Positions 40,573 to 50,859 are shown, counted from the first letter of the stretch. The stretch is DNA of 64,000 nucleotides from Thermodesulfobacteriota bacterium (GCA_041572575.1 JBFFSH010000003.1:7081-71080), one strand, 5' to 3'. Translations and numbers: made by a program. Notes: a model not told the origin generated them from the letters alone.

Positions 40573-41841
40573 ATGAGTACAACTATAAGCGAACTGGAAA
40601 ATTTGTATTCTCAGCAGACTCTATCGGCATTTTTCGATATTTCGGGTTTGCATAATGATTTTAGCAAGGGTGCATCCTCAAGACTACAGTCTATTTGTTC
40701 AAAAGCAGAGGATGGTCAAGCAATAAGTAGAGAAGATGCTCTTTATCTTATCAGACTGGACTACAAAGACATATTAAGATTGCTGCTTAGTGCTACTGAA
40801 ATAAGAAATAAAGGAAAAGGAAACGTACTATCCTATTCCAAAAATGTATTTATACCTGTAACCCGTCTTTGCAGAGACAGATGTGGTTACTGTACTTTTA
40901 AAATAGAACCCGGTGAAGGCGAGCTACTTATCCCACCCGATGAAGTGCTGGAAACAGCAAGAAAAGGAGCCCAGCTTGGCTGTACTGAACTTTTATTTGT
41001 AACAGGTGACAAACCTGAGCTTAAATATGAACAATACAGGCAAGCCCTAAAAGAGCTTGGATTTAGTACTACTGCCGAATATCTGATAGATTTAAGCTTA
41101 AAAGGACTTAAAGAGAATATATTTCCACATACAAATCTTGGACTGTCTACAACTGAGGAGTTGACTGAATTTAGAAAAACCAACCCCAGTATGGGTCTTA
41201 TGCTTGAAAACATAAGTGACAGGCTGCTTTACAATGGAGAAGCTCATCATGGCTGTCCCGATAAAGTACCAAGGCTTAGAATGAAAACCATGGAGCTTGC
41301 AGGTGAGTTAAATATCCCCTGGACTTCAGGTATTTTGGTTGGTATTGGAGAAACTGAAGAAGAAAGCATAGATTCCCTTTTTGCTCTTAAGAGTCTAAAT
41401 GATGAGTACGGGCATATTCAGGAAATAATTGTTCAGAATTTTAGTCCCAAGGTTGGAATAAGAATGGAAGACAAACCATCACCAGAGTTTATGGAGATGA
41501 TAAAACTGGTGGCGATTTCAAGACTAATATTTGGTGAAAAGATGAATATTCAGGTACCTCCAAATCTTAATTTGGAGACCTATCCTTATTTTACTCTTGC
41601 AGGGATTAACGATCTTGGAGGAGTATCCCCTCTTACTATAGATTATGTAAACCCCGAGGCTCCCTGGCCGCAGCTAGAGCTTATGGAGGAAATGTGCGAA
41701 GAAAATGGATTTCAGTTAAGGGAAAGACTTCCGGTCTACCCGGAATTTATAAATGAAAAATATATTGATAATGAACTATTACCTATGGTGAACAATTTTG
41801 TAGATGATACAGGTTTTGTTCCGGTGCAGGAGGCAAACTAG
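40573..41841 (+). CDS. cofG: FO synthase subunit 1, radical SAM
   Basis: 422 aa. CRDRCGYCTF radical-SAM cysteine motif with the CofG-type spacing. Confidence 0.88.
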   Translation: MSTTISELENLYSQQTLSAFFDISGLHNDFSKGASSRLQSICSKAEDGQAISREDALYLIRLDYKDILRLLLSATEIRNKGKGNVLSYSKNVFIPVTRLCRDRCGYCTFKIEPGEGELLIPPDEVLETARKGAQLGCTELLFVTGDKPELKYEQYRQALKELGFSTTAEYLIDLSLKGLKENIFPHTNLGLSTTEELTEFRKTNPSMGLMLENISDRLLYNGEAHHGCPDKVPRLRMKTMELAGELNIPWTSGILVGIGETEEESIDSLFALKSLNDEYGHIQEIIVQNFSPKVGIRMEDKPSPEFMEMIKLVAISRLIFGEKMNIQVPPNLNLETYPYFTLAGINDLGGVSPLTIDYVNPEAPWPQLELMEEMCEENGFQLRERLPVYPEFINEKYIDNELLPMVNNFVDDTGFVPVQEAN

Positions 41842-41843
41842 TA

Positions 41844-43061
41844 ATGGAAGAAATTAAGCATGTAGTAGAGAAAATAAAAGATAACAGAGAAGCCGGTATA
41901 GACAGTCTTCTTTCCAGGGTTAATGGAACGACTTCTAAAATAATTGAAAAAGCTTACGGCGGAAATGATATTACAGTTGATGAGGGCGAGCAGCTCTTTT
42001 TACTTGAAGACCCCGAGCAGTTAGCAGCACTTTGCCTTGCTGCTGATGATATCAGAAAAGAGGATGTCGGCGATGTTATCACTTATGTTATTAACAGAAA
42101 CATAAACTTTACTAATATTTGCTACACATGGTGCGGGTTTTGCAATTTCATGGCTCCTGAGGGTGATGAAAGGGCTTACTTTCTCACAATGGATGAGATA
42201 AAGGACAAAGTGGTAGAAGCATGGGAGCACGGCGCAACGGAAGTCTGTATGCAGGGTGGAATGCATCCTGACATAGACGGTAATTATTATGTTGACCTCA
42301 TTAAAAATGTAAAAAAAGCAGTACCCGAAATGCATACTCATGCATTTTCACCATTTGAGATTTATTACGGCGCAAAAACTTTAGATATCAGTGAAGAAGA
42401 TTTTATTGAGATGTTAAAAGATGTTGGACATAACACTTTTCCCGGAACCGCAGCAGAAGTATTGGATGAAGAAGTAAGGGTTAAAATTGCGCCACGCAAG
42501 ATCCCAACCGAAGTCTGGATAAGGGTTGTTAAAAAGGCGCACAAAGCCGGAATGAGGACTACTTCTACAATTATGTATGGCCATATGGACGAGCCTAAAC
42601 ACTGGGCAAGGCATTTGAATGTACTGCGCGAGATACAAAGAGAGACTGGCGGGTTCACCGAGTTTGTGCCTTTAAGATTTATACCATGGAACACAAGAAT
42701 TTTTCTTAACTCTAAAGGTAAGGTACGCCCTGGCCCAACAGATCTGGATCAGCTAAAGATGTATGCTATTTCTAGGCTTATGCTAAGAGGTTATATAAAC
42801 AACATTCAGGTCTCCTGGGTTAAACAAGGACCGGAATTTGCTCAGTTTTCACTCACTGCCGGTGCAAATGATTTTGGCGGCACTCTTATGGAAGAGCAGA
42901 TTTCAAGAGCTGCAGGCGCCAATTTTGGTCAGTACTTCCCACCTGAGGAATTTAGAAGACTTACCTGGGAGATTGACAGGATACCAGCAGAACGGACGAC
43001 TACTTACGGAATTAGAAAGGTATTCGATAAAAAAGATGATTCTGAGGCAGTAGCAAGCTAG
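41844..43061 (+). CDS. cofH: FO synthase subunit 2, radical SAM
   Basis: 405 aa. CYTWCGFCNF motif. Lies 3 nt after cofG. Confidence 0.88.
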   Translation: MEEIKHVVEKIKDNREAGIDSLLSRVNGTTSKIIEKAYGGNDITVDEGEQLFLLEDPEQLAALCLAADDIRKEDVGDVITYVINRNINFTNICYTWCGFCNFMAPEGDERAYFLTMDEIKDKVVEAWEHGATEVCMQGGMHPDIDGNYYVDLIKNVKKAVPEMHTHAFSPFEIYYGAKTLDISEEDFIEMLKDVGHNTFPGTAAEVLDEEVRVKIAPRKIPTEVWIRVVKKAHKAGMRTTSTIMYGHMDEPKHWARHLNVLREIQRETGGFTEFVPLRFIPWNTRIFLNSKGKVRPGPTDLDQLKMYAISRLMLRGYINNIQVSWVKQGPEFAQFSLTAGANDFGGTLMEEQISRAAGANFGQYFPPEEFRRLTWEIDRIPAERTTTYGIRKVFDKKDDSEAVAS

Positions 43062-43066
43062 TATCA

Positions 43067-43429
43067 TCAAGTATATGAAGTATTACTTTCTTTAGGATAG
43101 TCATCCCACCCAGGAAGGCCATATTTTTTGTACCGATCTTTATGCCTAAGAGCCATAAAATATCCAATGAAAGCTCCAAAAAGGATGCCTTTAAATAAAG
43201 ATAACTTAGCAAATCCAAACGCTGGAACTAGTGATAATAATACAAGGCAAATTCCAGATATTAATCCCCAGACTAATCCTATAATTTGAATATTAATAAA
43301 TTGGGGCGGGGGAATTTGAAATCCTAGTTTCCATATCAATCTAAATAAAAGTGGCGCTGTTTCTGATTTTTCAACACCATTGGATTTCATTTTCTCGACA
43401 AAATGATCTACTTTTTCCTGATGAGTCAT
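43067..43429 (-). CDS. Hypothetical membrane protein
   Basis: 120 aa with two hydrophobic helices. Convergent with cofH. Confidence 0.45.
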   Translation of the reverse strand: MTHQEKVDHFVEKMKSNGVEKSETAPLLFRLIWKLGFQIPPPQFINIQIIGLVWGLISGICLVLLSLVPAFGFAKLSLFKGILFGAFIGYFMALRHKDRYKKYGLPGWDDYPKESNTSYT

Positions 43430-43431
43430 TT

Positions 43432-43833
43432 CTAAACATCAATAACCGTATATTTGGTTTCGTCTTTTGTTTTGATATGACCTTCGAATTTTGATTTGAG
43501 GTATTTTTTTGTAATATTCCTGGTAAAAGGGATAAGCATTGCAAATCCAGCAAGATCAGTTAGAAGCCCGGGGGTAAGAAGAACAACCCCGCCTATAAAT
43601 ATTAGCAGACCGTCTACCATTTTATCAGCAGGTATCTGTCCGCTCTGTAATTCACTTTGAATCTGCTGGAATACCAAAAACCCTTGAAGCCTAGCAAGAG
43701 AAGCTCCCAGAATTCCTGTGATAACTACAATACCAACAGTGGGCCAAAATCCTATAACAGTTCCAATCTTTACCAGGATGAAAAGCTCTATCATCGGAAT
43801 TGTAATAAATAATAGTAGAAGTTTTCCAAACAT
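43432..43833 (-). CDS. fxsA: FxsA-family cytoplasmic membrane protein
   Basis: 133 aa. MFGKLLLLFITIPMIELFILVKIG...TPGLLTD pattern of FxsA. Confidence 0.75.
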   Translation of the reverse strand: MFGKLLLLFITIPMIELFILVKIGTVIGFWPTVGIVVITGILGASLARLQGFLVFQQIQSELQSGQIPADKMVDGLLIFIGGVVLLTPGLLTDLAGFAMLIPFTRNITKKYLKSKFEGHIKTKDETKYTVIDV

Positions 43834-43962
43834 TATAATCTAATATGTAATACCTTTTCTGATTTAATCAAGGTAATCACTGAAATCTAATATGATTGTA
43901 GCGTATATGAAATAATTACCAAACTAGGTTATTCTATTGCGAAATTCCTACAACCGAGTTTT

Positions 43963-44688
43963 ATGATGATTAATAGAAAATATTTTATCTGCATTATTTT
44001 TTTACTTATAACCACATTGCTTTCCGGCTGTGTCTACTACAGACTCCTAAAACTAAAGCGCCAGTTTGCAAATTTTGAAGAAAACTTCGAGCTTGAAGAC
44101 AAAAAAGGCCTAACTCTGGTTTTCAAAAATCCTATTCTTTATAAAGATGACATTAAGTGGCTGCTCAACAATGAACCTACAAATATTTTAGATGAAGAAG
44201 GAGATCAGAATAGCTGGATTTATATACTTACAAAGAAAAATCCAGAAGGAGTAAAAGAAGAGAAAAATTATGACATTGATATCATGATGGAGTTTGAGGA
44301 CAAGAAGCTTAAAGAAACTACACTACCAGAAAGATTTCTAGAAAACCTGTCAAAAGAGATGCTTGCGAAGATATTTAAATCCATGGGTAAATCAAAAGTT
44401 GATAAGTCGGAAAAAAAAGCCGGCACTACTATGGAGGGCAAAAAAGAAGGTCTGCCTACTATGTATGATGTCCTCCATACACTTGGCGAGCCTTATGAAA
44501 AAAAGGAAGATGAGGAAAAAACCGAGCTTAAATATTTCTTCACTGTAAAGCAGCCTGAAAACGGTGCTGAGCTTAAACCTTTCGATCTGATTTTTGATTT
44601 TGATGTAAGTAATAAAGATAAAGTTCTCCGTAAATCTGTTGTGAATGTTAACGGACTTAAAATGGTTATGAATTTTGTTGCTGAGTAG
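43963..44688 (+). CDS. Hypothetical lipoprotein
   Basis: 241 aa. Signal peptide with LLSGC lipobox. Lys/Glu-rich. No recognised domain. Confidence 0.5.
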   Translation: MMINRKYFICIIFLLITTLLSGCVYYRLLKLKRQFANFEENFELEDKKGLTLVFKNPILYKDDIKWLLNNEPTNILDEEGDQNSWIYILTKKNPEGVKEEKNYDIDIMMEFEDKKLKETTLPERFLENLSKEMLAKIFKSMGKSKVDKSEKKAGTTMEGKKEGLPTMYDVLHTLGEPYEKKEDEEKTELKYFFTVKQPENGAELKPFDLIFDFDVSNKDKVLRKSVVNVNGLKMVMNFVAE

Positions 44689-44692
44689 TTAA

Positions 44693-45400
44693 TTGATACA
44701 GATAATTATTTCTATGTTTAAGAAAATAATATTATTGATATTAATTAGTTATATTTGTATAGGTGTCTTGTATGCTGCAGATATTGAATCTAAATTTGGT
44801 TCACTAAATGAAGTAGATGGCAAACCTCATGATTTAGCATGGAGTTATGCAGAAGCATTTAAACTTAATATCAATTTACCATTTAGCAAGAAATCATATG
44901 CAGTGTTAAAAGTTTTAAATGATTCAAACAACATCTATTTTCTGTTCAAATTCAAAACTCCTAAAGATATTGTAGGACAAAGTTTCTTTATTAGATTTAA
45001 TGATAAAAACGGTAAATTTATTTATGATGGTCAAGATGTTATAGGTATGAACCCTGTTCATAAACCCAATTACTTAATTGATAGTGTGAGGACAAGCCAA
45101 CCCCCCTGTTCAATGCCAGATGGCAAATATTATGAAGGCAAATGCGGATTCGAAGATACTAAAGTAGGGGGTACCCGCGATGGACTAGGTACATATAGTA
45201 CAGATAATAACTATTCATACTATGAATTTTCTCATCCGCTGGCAAGCAAAGATAAAGATGTTCAATTAAGACCTGGTCAAATATTCGGTATCATATTAGA
45301 TCTAAGATTAATTGATAAGTCAGGTGAATACCCGGAATCGTATGGAGATACTGATTTTCCAGAATCAGGGTATTTGTCAGTCAAGTTAGCAGCGAATTAA
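44693..45400 (+). CDS. Secreted hypothetical protein
   Basis: 235 aa with signal peptide. Lies 5 nt after the preceding lipoprotein gene. Confidence 0.5.
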   Translation: MIQIIISMFKKIILLILISYICIGVLYAADIESKFGSLNEVDGKPHDLAWSYAEAFKLNINLPFSKKSYAVLKVLNDSNNIYFLFKFKTPKDIVGQSFFIRFNDKNGKFIYDGQDVIGMNPVHKPNYLIDSVRTSQPPCSMPDGKYYEGKCGFEDTKVGGTRDGLGTYSTDNNYSYYEFSHPLASKDKDVQLRPGQIFGIILDLRLIDKSGEYPESYGDTDFPESGYLSVKLAAN

Positions 45401-45469
45401 TTATATTGATAAATTAGAAATGCGTAAATCACTAATATTATTAAGGCACAAGAACTGAAAAATTCTATG

Positions 45470-46396
45470 TTAATTAGTAACTTTGTCCAATTTACTTTTT
45501 AATATATCAATTTGCTCCTGAATATCTCCAATATTCTCTTCTCTTGCACTTTTTTCAATTAACAGTTCTTTAAGATCTGAAAGATATTCTACGGTTGGGC
45601 CCTCAATTGTTATTAATGAAATCAAAGCAAGCTCTTTTTCAAAGATAGCTGTTTCGTTTTTATATTTAGACTTTAACTCACTAGTAACTTCTTCTTTGTT
45701 TTCGAAAGGTTTTATAGAAGAAATTATGTTTTTCATATTATCCGTTATTAGATCTCTATCACTACCAGGTAGCATAATGCTATAGGAATTCTCCTTAGTA
45801 CTAAAATCGAAACTCAATAAACTTGATTTTTTTCCTGAACTAACTTTCCAAAACCCCTTGAAATATTGAGAATTCACTATATAAAGTGGATATTTTTCCA
45901 AATCGTTGTTACTGGGTAATAATATCCATTTTGCTGCAAGTTTATAGAATGAATTATAATTATATAGTGTATTCCATAAACTAAAATCGTTAAGTGTGTA
46001 GTTTGAAAACTCTATATAATCATCTACCAGTTTTTGGTCAGTATTGTTAAAATAAATTGTAATATTTTTTCTTTCATTTGCATATTTAAACATTAGGGTT
46101 GAATGGACTGAATATTTTTCTACTTCTCGTTCCTGAATATAAACACCAGGATATATATCTACCAAATCATAACCTCTTGGTGCTAATATAAACTCTATAT
46201 CACCAAAGTAGATTTTTTCTACGTCTGTTTCTGTATATTTTATTTCAATAATTTCAGGGACATTGTTAAAAAGCTCTAACCTGTCTTCTCCGATCAGGAA
46301 ATGTTTAGCGAATAGATACAAACCCAAATTACCACCAATCCATAAAATCAGAAGGACGATTAAACTTATCAGTAATATCTTTTTGGGTTTCATCAT
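45470..46396 (-). CDS. Membrane-anchored hypothetical protein
   Basis: 308 aa. N-terminal TM helix, Tyr/Asn-rich ectodomain and C-terminal coiled-coil. Confidence 0.5.
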   Translation of the reverse strand: MMKPKKILLISLIVLLILWIGGNLGLYLFAKHFLIGEDRLELFNNVPEIIEIKYTETDVEKIYFGDIEFILAPRGYDLVDIYPGVYIQEREVEKYSVHSTLMFKYANERKNITIYFNNTDQKLVDDYIEFSNYTLNDFSLWNTLYNYNSFYKLAAKWILLPSNNDLEKYPLYIVNSQYFKGFWKVSSGKKSSLLSFDFSTKENSYSIMLPGSDRDLITDNMKNIISSIKPFENKEEVTSELKSKYKNETAIFEKELALISLITIEGPTVEYLSDLKELLIEKSAREENIGDIQEQIDILKSKLDKVTN

Positions 46397-46408
46397 AGGA
46401 TTGCTAGT

Positions 46409-46753
46409 TTAAGTCAAAAATTCAATCAAATTCTTGCTTAATCCGCTTGTGTCTTTATTATTTAATTCCCCCAGTGTTTTAATTACTATTGATTTGTGAA
46501 TGGTTGCAAATTTCATTCTTATCATTGATGGTTTGGGCAGGCCACACTTTTTCCATTCAGAGATATAGTAATCTCCGAGTCGCTTCGGACTGTTCATTTG
46601 GCTTGTGATAAAAAGGATCACTAGATCATAACCATTGTTATAGTTGTCAGGAGAAATTACAAGTGCAGGTCTCTTTTTTGTGGTTTTTAAGTCTGTGAAG
46701 GGAAACGGGACCAAGACAATATCCCACTTTTTATAATTCATCGTAGATCTCAT
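46409..46753 (-). CDS. mazF: Type II toxin, PemK/MazF family endoribonuclease
   Basis: 114 aa. Reads KWDIVLVPFPFTDLKTTKKRPALVIS, the MazF/PemK signature. Confidence 0.8.
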   Translation of the reverse strand: MRSTMNYKKWDIVLVPFPFTDLKTTKKRPALVISPDNYNNGYDLVILFITSQMNSPKRLGDYYISEWKKCGLPKPSMIRMKFATIHKSIVIKTLGELNNKDTSGLSKNLIEFLT

Positions 46754-46973
46754 CCTCTTTATTATCCCATTCTGAGAATGAAGTTTCGGAAAGCTCCATC
46801 AAATGAATCAGTTGTTCCTGCTCTAGCGTATTTCTAATTTTCTTTTTATTATTCAGTATGTACTGATCTATAAGATCACCAACAATCGTGCTCATATTCT
46901 TTCCTTCAATCGCTGCTATCATTTTTAGAGCCTTTCGTTTTTTATCATCGATTCTAATACTCATTACACTCAT
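46731..46973 (-). CDS. Ribbon-helix-helix (CopG-like) antitoxin
   Basis: 80 aa. SIRIDDKKRKALKMIAAIEGKNMSTIVGDLID RHH motif. Overlaps the start of the downstream mazF-like gene. Confidence 0.6.
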   Translation of the reverse strand: MSVMSIRIDDKKRKALKMIAAIEGKNMSTIVGDLIDQYILNNKKKIRNTLEQEQLIHLMELSETSFSEWDNKEDEIYDEL

Positions 46974-47069
46974 TGTGTGCCTCCTACATGTAGGTTATAT
47001 TACAAATAGTATAAAGGTGTCATTTATATTTTTCAATAATGCTCAATAGGTGTACAATTAAATTTAATC

Positions 47070-47582
47070 ATGCCCAAATCACTAATTTTATACAGACACG
47101 CAAAATCTGACTGGGGGGCGGAATCTAATTCCGATCATGAGAGGCCTCTGAATGAAAGGGGAATTGATAGCGCTGAGATTATGGGTAAGGTCTTGGCTCT
47201 TGCAAATCAGGTGCCCGAGCTTGTTATTACTTCCACAGCAGTGAGGGCAAAAGAAACACTGATATTGTCTGTAGAGTCTGGGGAGTGGAAGTGTGATGTC
47301 GAGGAAGATAGCAGGATATATCATGAGGATACAAGCACTGTTATTGAGATAATAAAATCAGTATCTAATAAGTATGATGACATTATGCTTGTTGGCCACG
47401 AGCCCAAGTGGTCAATGCTTGCCAGTACATTCATTGGCGGGGGACAGATCAATTTCCCCACAGCATGCATGGCCAAAATAGAATTTGATATTAATAACTG
47501 GGAATTTGTTGATGCCCGCCAAGGAATCCTAAAATGGCTCCTGCAGCCCTCGTTTTTCAGAAAAGGGAAATTCGAGTTTTAG
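47070..47582 (+). CDS. sixA: Phosphohistidine phosphatase SixA (histidine phosphatase superfamily)
   Basis: 170 aa. LILYRHAKSDW catalytic RHA motif and the downstream GHEP motif (LVGHEPKW). Confidence 0.8.
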   Translation: MPKSLILYRHAKSDWGAESNSDHERPLNERGIDSAEIMGKVLALANQVPELVITSTAVRAKETLILSVESGEWKCDVEEDSRIYHEDTSTVIEIIKSVSNKYDDIMLVGHEPKWSMLASTFIGGGQINFPTACMAKIEFDINNWEFVDARQGILKWLLQPSFFRKGKFEF

Positions 47583-47684
47583 AACTGCCACTTATCGTGT
47601 ATATTAAGTTGGGGACATGATATTAATCGTGGTAATTGTTCCAAATTATTCACTTATTCTGTTTTAACTTGTAGGGGGTTAAAA

Positions 47685-50483
47685 ATGGAAAGTTTTGTCT
47701 ACAACATTCTAGAATTTTTAACTAAACCATTGTTATCATTTTATGGCTGGGTTTGGGGTATTGTTATACCCTGGGTCCAACAGCCAAGTCCATGGAGACA
47801 AAATAGAACTGAGTTTATTTCGAAATTCCCAGAAGTTGTAATAATGGGGACATATGTGAGTGCAGGGAGTAAAGCGTACTACCTGGATTCCTATATCGCA
47901 AATACGATTCATGGCAAACCCACAGATAATGTTAGCGTAACTTACGCCACCACCTATAGTGGATACTGGAAACCGGTAGATGTTCTTGTACTACACGAGA
48001 CCGGGAGCATAGTGCGTCATAGACAAATAATGGAACGACTTAGTAAAAACGGCTTTCTGGGCCCTATCGTAAAATTCGGGCAAAAATACCAGCTAATCCA
48101 GCCTGGCTATCCTCTGAGCTCCCGGCAAAGCAGGGGATTTAAAGATATAAATTTTTCATCCTCCGGGCGGCTTTTTGTAAGCAGAATTGATCCCGAAACC
48201 CAAAACGGAGAAATATATGAAATTAAGCCGCCTGAATCAGAACCTGAAATCGTAGGCTCAATTCTAAATTGTAAAGCAGTTAAATGGCTTGACATACCAT
48301 CAAATATATCGTGGCAGGGATATTTTTCATTTTCTGATGATGATGTATTGCATATCTCGGTCAACAGGCCGCGTGAAAGTGGTGAAATAAGAAAAACCAA
48401 TGCCATCGTTGGGCAATCTGTTCAATCACTATCATCAATATCAATATATAAAGAACCCAATAGATCGATCCTGGGCTTTGATCTTAATGGCCCATCACAG
48501 ATTTACTACACGAGCAATGTAAACCTTCTCACTGTGGCTGATATTAAGAATAATACACAGAATGATTACATGCATTTTTCAAGTCTAAATTCTTCAGTAA
48601 TGCTGGACTATTCGGTAAGAAAACTTAATTTTAACAAAGTAGTTCTGACTTCTTCGGGGGTTGAACTTGATCCATTCTTAAGACTAAACCCTAAGATCAG
48701 ATCACATATGGTCTGGTGGTTCATAGATGAGACTAAAAAAGATGCTGAAGGAGAGTGGCTGCCTTATGATAAGTGGCCTGCTCATGGAAAAGAGAAACTG
48801 TTTAATGCCTATAACAAAATTAGAAATAATCAAAATCCCGATTTTCCAGAAATCTCAAAGGATATTTCTGAAGAAGGGGCTAGTAATATATATTATGCCT
48901 ATACTGCTTTTTCACTTTGGGTTGAAATCAATAACAAAGTAAACTGGAGTTTACTAGACCTAAAGGGATCGGAAATCAGTAATGATGATTGTCTGTATAT
49001 GATGTTGGATGGACGGCATATGTTTATCGATATTATTAATAATGGAAACAACGAATTTATATATGGCCACCATTACAATAAAGCATACTATAGCCCAAGA
49101 AAGACTGACCATAAAATGGATGTATTCCCGGCACAACCACGTTTTGTATTTAATTTTCTAGCACAAAATAATCTGATTAGACATAGTATAAGAGATACGG
49201 TAAAAGAAATATTAAGATGGTATGAAATAAATCTCAGTCATAGGTCAGGATGCCCTTGGGTTAATCAGCCTAAAGAATTTTTTGAAAAGCATGGAGTTGA
49301 AAATCTTTCAGAATTCATCAAAGAAAAGTTAGGTGTTAACAGCGTTTACGAAACACCTATAGAATGGGTATTAACCAAAAGGAAATATGAAACTGCTGAA
49401 TTAGATTCTAAAGGTGAGTTTTATGCCTGGCATGGTTGTCATTCAGCTGCTTCCCTGACCTACGTATTTTTACATGTTCTTAATGTTCCTTCGGAGGTGT
49501 GGTCAGCAATTGTTTCACCCGGCGATTGCGGTAAAGTTGATGGAACTTGTACAAACTATGGCCACGAAGGAATAAAAATACCCACTGAAGATCTTATTTC
49601 TGAACATATGGATCATTTCTATGCTAATCTTCATTTTTTACACGACCCCACATTTGATTTATTCAAGATATTCATGACGCGCACACAGGCTAAAAACTTT
49701 TACAAACAAATGATTACGGATGGAGATCAGGACTATGATATAGAGCAGGCATTGTTCAGGCGGCTGGCACTTTTAGCACTACAACATCCCACAGCACTTG
49801 TAGTAATCAGGGCTTGGGTAGCTTATAATAACGCTACCAGGTTGAGTATGGCTGCAGGCAGAACCATTTCAACTGAAGAACTTACAACTGCAATATATAA
49901 AGAACTTAGAAGGGCTCTGGGTACTTCTACAGAAGATAAACTTTATCAAGAAACAAATATTCGGCCTACACGAATTCCGCAGGATCTTTTCAAAGAATTA
50001 GACAAGTATAAACCAGCTGACGGAAGAAAAGATCTGCCGTCAGATTCTTTAGTACGCAAATTCCTCAATGATTTTAATAAGGCTGTCTATAATACCGCGA
50101 CTATTATGTCAAAAGTAGTCAAGGATGAAAATGGCAAAGATACGATTGCATGGATAGTTGCCACAGAAGATGAATCTACAAATACTAGTCATAAATATTA
50201 TTTAAGAAAATTTTCTCATATCGGACAAGTGTGGATTAAAATTCATACAGTACAGTACGTAGAATATACATATTATCGCGTCAATGAACCAACGAGTGAA
50301 CCTGAGACTCATCTAGCAAAAGACTATATCTCCAAAAAACATGCAATCAAAAAATCTGAGCTTTTAAAAATATCTCGGGATCTGGTAACACATATACAGA
50401 ATAATGAACAGATGGGTCTTAAGATCGAAGATTTTGAGGCTAAGTATGATCAGTGGTCGGGCGGCAAATATAGCTGGGGATAA
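47685..50483 (+). CDS. Large hypothetical protein (932 aa), N-terminal hydrophobic anchor
   Basis: Long uninterrupted ORF rich in aromatic residues. C-terminal half contains WHGCHSAASLTYVFLHVL...GHEG...D, reminiscent of a transglutaminase-like Cys-His-Asp core. No confident family assignment. Confidence 0.6.
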   Translation: MESFVYNILEFLTKPLLSFYGWVWGIVIPWVQQPSPWRQNRTEFISKFPEVVIMGTYVSAGSKAYYLDSYIANTIHGKPTDNVSVTYATTYSGYWKPVDVLVLHETGSIVRHRQIMERLSKNGFLGPIVKFGQKYQLIQPGYPLSSRQSRGFKDINFSSSGRLFVSRIDPETQNGEIYEIKPPESEPEIVGSILNCKAVKWLDIPSNISWQGYFSFSDDDVLHISVNRPRESGEIRKTNAIVGQSVQSLSSISIYKEPNRSILGFDLNGPSQIYYTSNVNLLTVADIKNNTQNDYMHFSSLNSSVMLDYSVRKLNFNKVVLTSSGVELDPFLRLNPKIRSHMVWWFIDETKKDAEGEWLPYDKWPAHGKEKLFNAYNKIRNNQNPDFPEISKDISEEGASNIYYAYTAFSLWVEINNKVNWSLLDLKGSEISNDDCLYMMLDGRHMFIDIINNGNNEFIYGHHYNKAYYSPRKTDHKMDVFPAQPRFVFNFLAQNNLIRHSIRDTVKEILRWYEINLSHRSGCPWVNQPKEFFEKHGVENLSEFIKEKLGVNSVYETPIEWVLTKRKYETAELDSKGEFYAWHGCHSAASLTYVFLHVLNVPSEVWSAIVSPGDCGKVDGTCTNYGHEGIKIPTEDLISEHMDHFYANLHFLHDPTFDLFKIFMTRTQAKNFYKQMITDGDQDYDIEQALFRRLALLALQHPTALVVIRAWVAYNNATRLSMAAGRTISTEELTTAIYKELRRALGTSTEDKLYQETNIRPTRIPQDLFKELDKYKPADGRKDLPSDSLVRKFLNDFNKAVYNTATIMSKVVKDENGKDTIAWIVATEDESTNTSHKYYLRKFSHIGQVWIKIHTVQYVEYTYYRVNEPTSEPETHLAKDYISKKHAIKKSELLKISRDLVTHIQNNEQMGLKIEDFEAKYDQWSGGKYSWG

Positions 50484-50655
50484 GACTTAGACAATCCTTT
50501 ACGTATAAAGACCATAAGATTGTTGGATAAGTTATATGAGTAACTAATATAAGCTTATCTCGGATTAAATTCCTACAATTGAATTAAAAAAATCTTCTCC
50601 AAATAAAAATGGATGTATAATTTGCTTTATATGTTCATTTTTAAGGAGAGGGGAA

Positions 50656-50859
50656 ATGTATATCTGTTCTAGATGCTACTACTCCGGGCTTCCGACAGGT
50701 GGAGCGGTTGAAGCTAAATCTGGTGGACTATCAGGATTTATTAATTCACTGTTTGGTTCCGGAAATAAAAAATTATCTTGTCCTAATTGTGAGAAAGAAA
50801 CTTTCATATCTCTAGTTTCTGATGAGGGAAAAGAAATTCTGGATTCTGTTACCAAATAA
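50656..50859 (+). CDS. Small Cys-pair (zinc-ribbon-like) hypothetical protein
   Basis: 67 aa. CSRCYY...CPNCEKE. Preceded by an AGGAGAGGGGA RBS. Confidence 0.35.
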   Translation: MYICSRCYYSGLPTGGAVEAKSGGLSGFINSLFGSGNKKLSCPNCEKETFISLVSDEGKEILDSVTK

